From the NCBI GenBank assembly GCA_965226795.1, contig CBDDDZ010000003.1:288001-352000 (forward strand): 64,000 nucleotides of DNA, given 5' to 3'. The stretch comes from Candidatus Latescibacterota bacterium. Its GTDB lineage: Bacteria; Latescibacterota; UBA2968; GCA-2709665. Shown in pieces: positions 60,850 through 64,000 of the stretch. Below the pieces are notes generated by a model. The model saw only the letters and a program-made list of their open reading frames with translations. It did not search any database and was not told where the DNA came from. Made by a program: the position numbers and the translations under genes. The number at the start of each line of letters is the position of its first letter. Position 1 is the first letter of the stretch.

Positions 60850-61893
60850 ATGTACGACGTGGTAACCTTTGGGGAGGCGATGATCCGATTGTCGTCGCCG
60901 GGATACCGCCGGATCGAGAATTCCCCCACCCTGGACGTGGAGGTGGGCGGGGGCGAGTACAATGTGGCGGTGGCCTGCGCTCATTTGGGGCTGAACACGG
61001 CGTGGGTATCCCGGCTGGTGGACAATTGGACGGGATGGATCATTCGGAACAAGGGTCGGGAACACGGCGTGGACATGTCCAATATTCACTGGGTGGATTT
61101 CGATGGGGTCGGTGTCGAGCGGAATGGATTTTACCATCTCGAACTGGGCGTCGGGCCGCGGGCAAGCGCGGTGACTTACGACCGGGCGCATACGGCAATT
61201 TCCAGAATCGGGCCGGGCATGGTGGACTGGAAGTCCATTTTCAGTAGCACGAAATGGTTTCACGTCAGCGGCATCACGCCCGCGCTTTCGGACACCGCCG
61301 CGGATACGACACTGGAAGCCCTGGGGGCAGCCCGCGAGGCGGGGGTAACCACGAGCTATGACTTGAACTTCAGGTCGAAGCTGTGGAGTTCCGAAAAAGC
61401 CCGGGAAACCACCGGTAGGATCGTTCCGCTCGTAAAAGTACTGATTGGCAATGAAGAGGATTTCGAGAAGGTGCTTGGGTTGAACGCGGAGGGGTCGAAG
61501 GATGACTATAGTCGCCTGGATCCCGAAAGCTACAAGGATGTGGCGCGACGAGCGGTCGAACGTTATCCCAATGTGGACTACGTGGGCACAACGCTGCGGG
61601 TAGCAAAGACCGGACTGCTGAACGACTGGCGGACGCTTTTGTTCGACGGTGAGGCGTTCTACCTGTCTCGAATCTACGAGGATCTGGAAATGGTCGACCG
61701 CGTGGGCGGGGGCGACAGTTTCTCAGCCGGTTTGATCGCCGGATTGATCGAGGGGGGGGATCCCCAGGCGGCGGTGGATTTCGCAGGCGCGTATTCAGCG
61801 CTTGCCCACACCTTCCTGGGCGACGTAAACTGGGCGACCCGGGCGGAGGCGGAGTCCGCCATGAAGGGCGCGGCAGCCAGAATCAGGCGGTAG
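60850..61893 (+). CDS. kdgK: 2-keto-3-deoxygluconate kinase (PfkB sugar kinase)
   Basis: FGEAMIRL, SGITPAL, DLNFRSKLW, DRVGGGDSF; adjacent to eda. Confidence 0.88.
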   Translation: MYDVVTFGEAMIRLSSPGYRRIENSPTLDVEVGGGEYNVAVACAHLGLNTAWVSRLVDNWTGWIIRNKGREHGVDMSNIHWVDFDGVGVERNGFYHLELGVGPRASAVTYDRAHTAISRIGPGMVDWKSIFSSTKWFHVSGITPALSDTAADTTLEALGAAREAGVTTSYDLNFRSKLWSSEKARETTGRIVPLVKVLIGNEEDFEKVLGLNAEGSKDDYSRLDPESYKDVARRAVERYPNVDYVGTTLRVAKTGLLNDWRTLLFDGEAFYLSRIYEDLEMVDRVGGGDSFSAGLIAGLIEGGDPQAAVDFAGAYSALAHTFLGDVNWATRAEAESAMKGAAARIRR

Positions 61894-61933
61894 TTGCGTC
61901 GCTCCCGATGGGACAGACAGAGGAGAGTATCCC

Positions 61934-62575
61934 ATGGCCGGTGTACTGGATCGAATTATCGACTGCGGTGTGGTGGCGGTACTGAGGGCGGATTCGCCTG
62001 CGGAACTGATGGATGTATCCAAAGCGCTGCGGGAAGGCGGCGTGGTTGCCATTGAGGTAACGATGACGGTGCCCGGGGCGCTCAAGGTCATTGAGGAAGC
62101 GTCGGCGAAAATGGAGGATACGATCGTGGGTGTCGGATCCGTCCTGGACCCGGAGACGGCGCGCGCGGCCATTCTGGCAGGCGCGGAGTACGTAGTCGGG
62201 CCCACATTGAATCTGGATGTTATCACGATGGCCAAGCGTTACGGAAAAGTGGTGATGCCGGCCGGGTTTACGCCCACTGAGATTCTCGCGGCATGGCAGG
62301 CCGGAGCCGACGTGGTGAAGGTGTTCCCTGCGGGCGTTGGCGGCCCGTCCTATTTTAAAGATGTGAAAGGTCCGCTGCCCCAGGTGCGGTTGATGCCGAC
62401 GGGCGGGGTAGACGCCAGGACGACCCCGGAGTTTATCAAAGCCGGTGCGTGCGCTGTGGGCGCCGGAAGCGCAATGGTGGATAAACGGGCGGTTGCAGAC
62501 AGGGATTGGCCCGCGTTGACGGCGACAGCCCGGGCGTTTGTGGACGCCGTTAAACAGGCGCGGGCAGAGATGTGA
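61934..62575 (+). CDS. eda: KDPG/KHG aldolase
   Basis: VAVLR, IEVT, TPTE, VKVFPA, MPTGGV. Confidence 0.93.
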   Translation: MAGVLDRIIDCGVVAVLRADSPAELMDVSKALREGGVVAIEVTMTVPGALKVIEEASAKMEDTIVGVGSVLDPETARAAILAGAEYVVGPTLNLDVITMAKRYGKVVMPAGFTPTEILAAWQAGADVVKVFPAGVGGPSYFKDVKGPLPQVRLMPTGGVDARTTPEFIKAGACAVGAGSAMVDKRAVADRDWPALTATARAFVDAVKQARAEM

Positions 62576-63510
62576 GCGCACTGGCCGTTGGCGTCGACCT
62601 GGGCGGAACCAATACCCGCGCGGGTCTGGTAACGGAAACTGGTGAGATCGCGGCGCGGTTCCGATGTCCCACCCGGCCCGATCTGGGCAGTGATCGTGTG
62701 ATTTCAGGAATTGCGATGTGCGTCCGGCAGGTGCTCCGGCAGACGGGCGGGATGAAAGTGCGCGGCGTGGGCGTTGGTGCCCCGGGTCCGCTGGATCCCT
62801 TTAATGGCATCATCATTTCTCCCGAGAACATGCCGTGCATGCACGGCGTACGTCTGAAAGACCGGCTGGAGACGGCGCTCGAAATGCCGGTAGTCGTGGA
62901 CAACGATGCAAATCTCGCGGCTTTTGGCGAGCAGTGGCAGGGCGCCGGCAGGAAGGCGCCTCATTTTTTGTGTGTGACGCTGGGCACCGGAGTGGGCGGT
63001 GGCTGGGTGTGCAACGGCGAGCTGATGCACGGGTTCAACGGGAATGCGGCGGAGGTGGGCCACATTACGATCGATTGGAACGGACCCCGTTGCCCATGCG
63101 GGAATTATGGCTGTCTGGAGCTCTACGTTTCCGCGACGGCGACGGTGAGGCGGGCGCGCGAACGATTGGAAACGGAAACGCCGGAAACCGTGCTGAACGC
63201 CGACGGCCTGACCACACAGGCGATTTTCGAAGCGGCGGAGGCGGGTGACCGGTTTGCCCGCGCCATATTTAAAGAGACGGGCACGTTACTGGGAATCGGG
63301 CTCGTGAGTCTGGTGAGTGTGACGAACGTGGAGGTGGTAGCGTTGTGCGGTGGGCTCGCGCGTGCAGGAGAATGGCTATTTGAGCCTGTCAGAAGGACCT
63401 TTCAGGAGCGCGGTACGGTCGGCGTGAAGGAGAGGGTGCGAATCGTGGCGGGTATGCTGGGCGACGACGCAGGGATTCTGGGTGCGGCAAGATTGGCGAG
63501 TGGAGCATGA
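62572..63510 (+). CDS. ROK family kinase (glucokinase-like)
   Basis: DLGGT, NDAN, GTGVGGG, EVGH, CPCGNYGCLE. Confidence 0.92.
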   Translation: MSALAVGVDLGGTNTRAGLVTETGEIAARFRCPTRPDLGSDRVISGIAMCVRQVLRQTGGMKVRGVGVGAPGPLDPFNGIIISPENMPCMHGVRLKDRLETALEMPVVVDNDANLAAFGEQWQGAGRKAPHFLCVTLGTGVGGGWVCNGELMHGFNGNAAEVGHITIDWNGPRCPCGNYGCLELYVSATATVRRARERLETETPETVLNADGLTTQAIFEAAEAGDRFARAIFKETGTLLGIGLVSLVSVTNVEVVALCGGLARAGEWLFEPVRRTFQERGTVGVKERVRIVAGMLGDDAGILGAARLASGA

Positions 63511-63513
63511 ATC

Positions 63514-64000
63514 GTGAGACGCGAGGCCTGGAACCGGAGACCAGCGAATCCGGATTGTGGGAGTCTGGCCGCAAAGATTCTGGCGTTCGTGGCGGCAACG
63601 GCGATTTCCGCGTGGGTCGTTCCGGCTGCCGCCGAAAGTTCGGATTCGACGGCCGTGGTCAGCGTCCGCGAGACCCGGCCCGCGCGAGGGGCGATGTTGC
63701 GGTCGCTGGCGCTGCCGGGCTGGGGGCAGTTTTATAACCGCCGTCCAATAAAGGGAAGCTTGATCGCCGCCGCGCAGGTGAGTTCCACGGTGGCTTTTTT
63801 TGTTCGCCGAGGACAATTGAATCGGCGCCCATCGGTCGATGCACCCTCGGAACGAAATGTCTTTCTGTATACCTCTATAGGACTTATCCTATTCAGTATG
63901 GGCGACGCGTATGTGGATGCGCACCTGGACCAGGTGGACTGGGGGGAGGTCCAAATCGAACCCGGCGAGGAAGGCTTGGAATTCCGCATGCGTTTCCGCA
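63514..64000 (+). CDS. DUF5683-like membrane protein, runs off the right edge
   Basis: Frame open from GTG 63514: ...AMLRSLALPGWGQFYN...SMGDAYVDAHL; absent from the ORF track because there is no stop in the window. Confidence 0.8.
   Translation, partial: MRREAWNRRPANPDCGSLAAKILAFVAATAISAWVVPAAAESSDSTAVVSVRETRPARGAMLRSLALPGWGQFYNRRPIKGSLIAAAQVSSTVAFFVRRGQLNRRPSVDAPSERNVFLYTSIGLILFSMGDAYVDAHLDQVDWGEVQIEPGEEGLEFRMRFR

Noticed and set aside
63507..63737. 76-aa ORF overlapping the ROK gene stop
   Set aside because: The alternative frame from GTG 63514 carries the recognisable PGWGQFYN and DAYVDAHL motifs.

Overview
GC-rich bacterial chromosomal window. Its gene content resembles FCB-group/Latescibacterota-Gemmatimonadota lineages common in marine and sponge metagenomes (inferred from PorV-like, cohesin/FlgD-Ig, dockerin-like EF-hand, plant-type LRR, ankyrin, PhyH-HEAT and DUF6785-type genes). 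Housekeeping genes (gltA, polA, proS, tgt, yajC, fmt, kdgK-eda-ROK kinase) are interspersed with accessory loci: a BrnT/BrnA toxin-antitoxin pair; a translationally coupled pair of STAND-like ATPases (one with a variant Walker B and a 43-aa TPR array, neither with a visible effector) behind a sigma70 promoter overlapped by tandem palindromes; a TRAP transporter; a 7-gene uncharacterised catabolic operon; and a small TA-like gene pair. Four genes are broken (spermidine-synthase-like, cohesin/EF-hand/LRR, Cache/EF-hand, YugP-like). Intergenic DNA holds at least four families of structured repeats: a ~350-bp element in 2 copies, a TIR-bounded MITE-like element in 3 copies, a second TIR element, and GTAG and CTTCGACAAGCTCAG REP-like units. 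No rRNA, tRNA, CRISPR array or transposase was recognised. All calls are from manual reading; no database searches were run.
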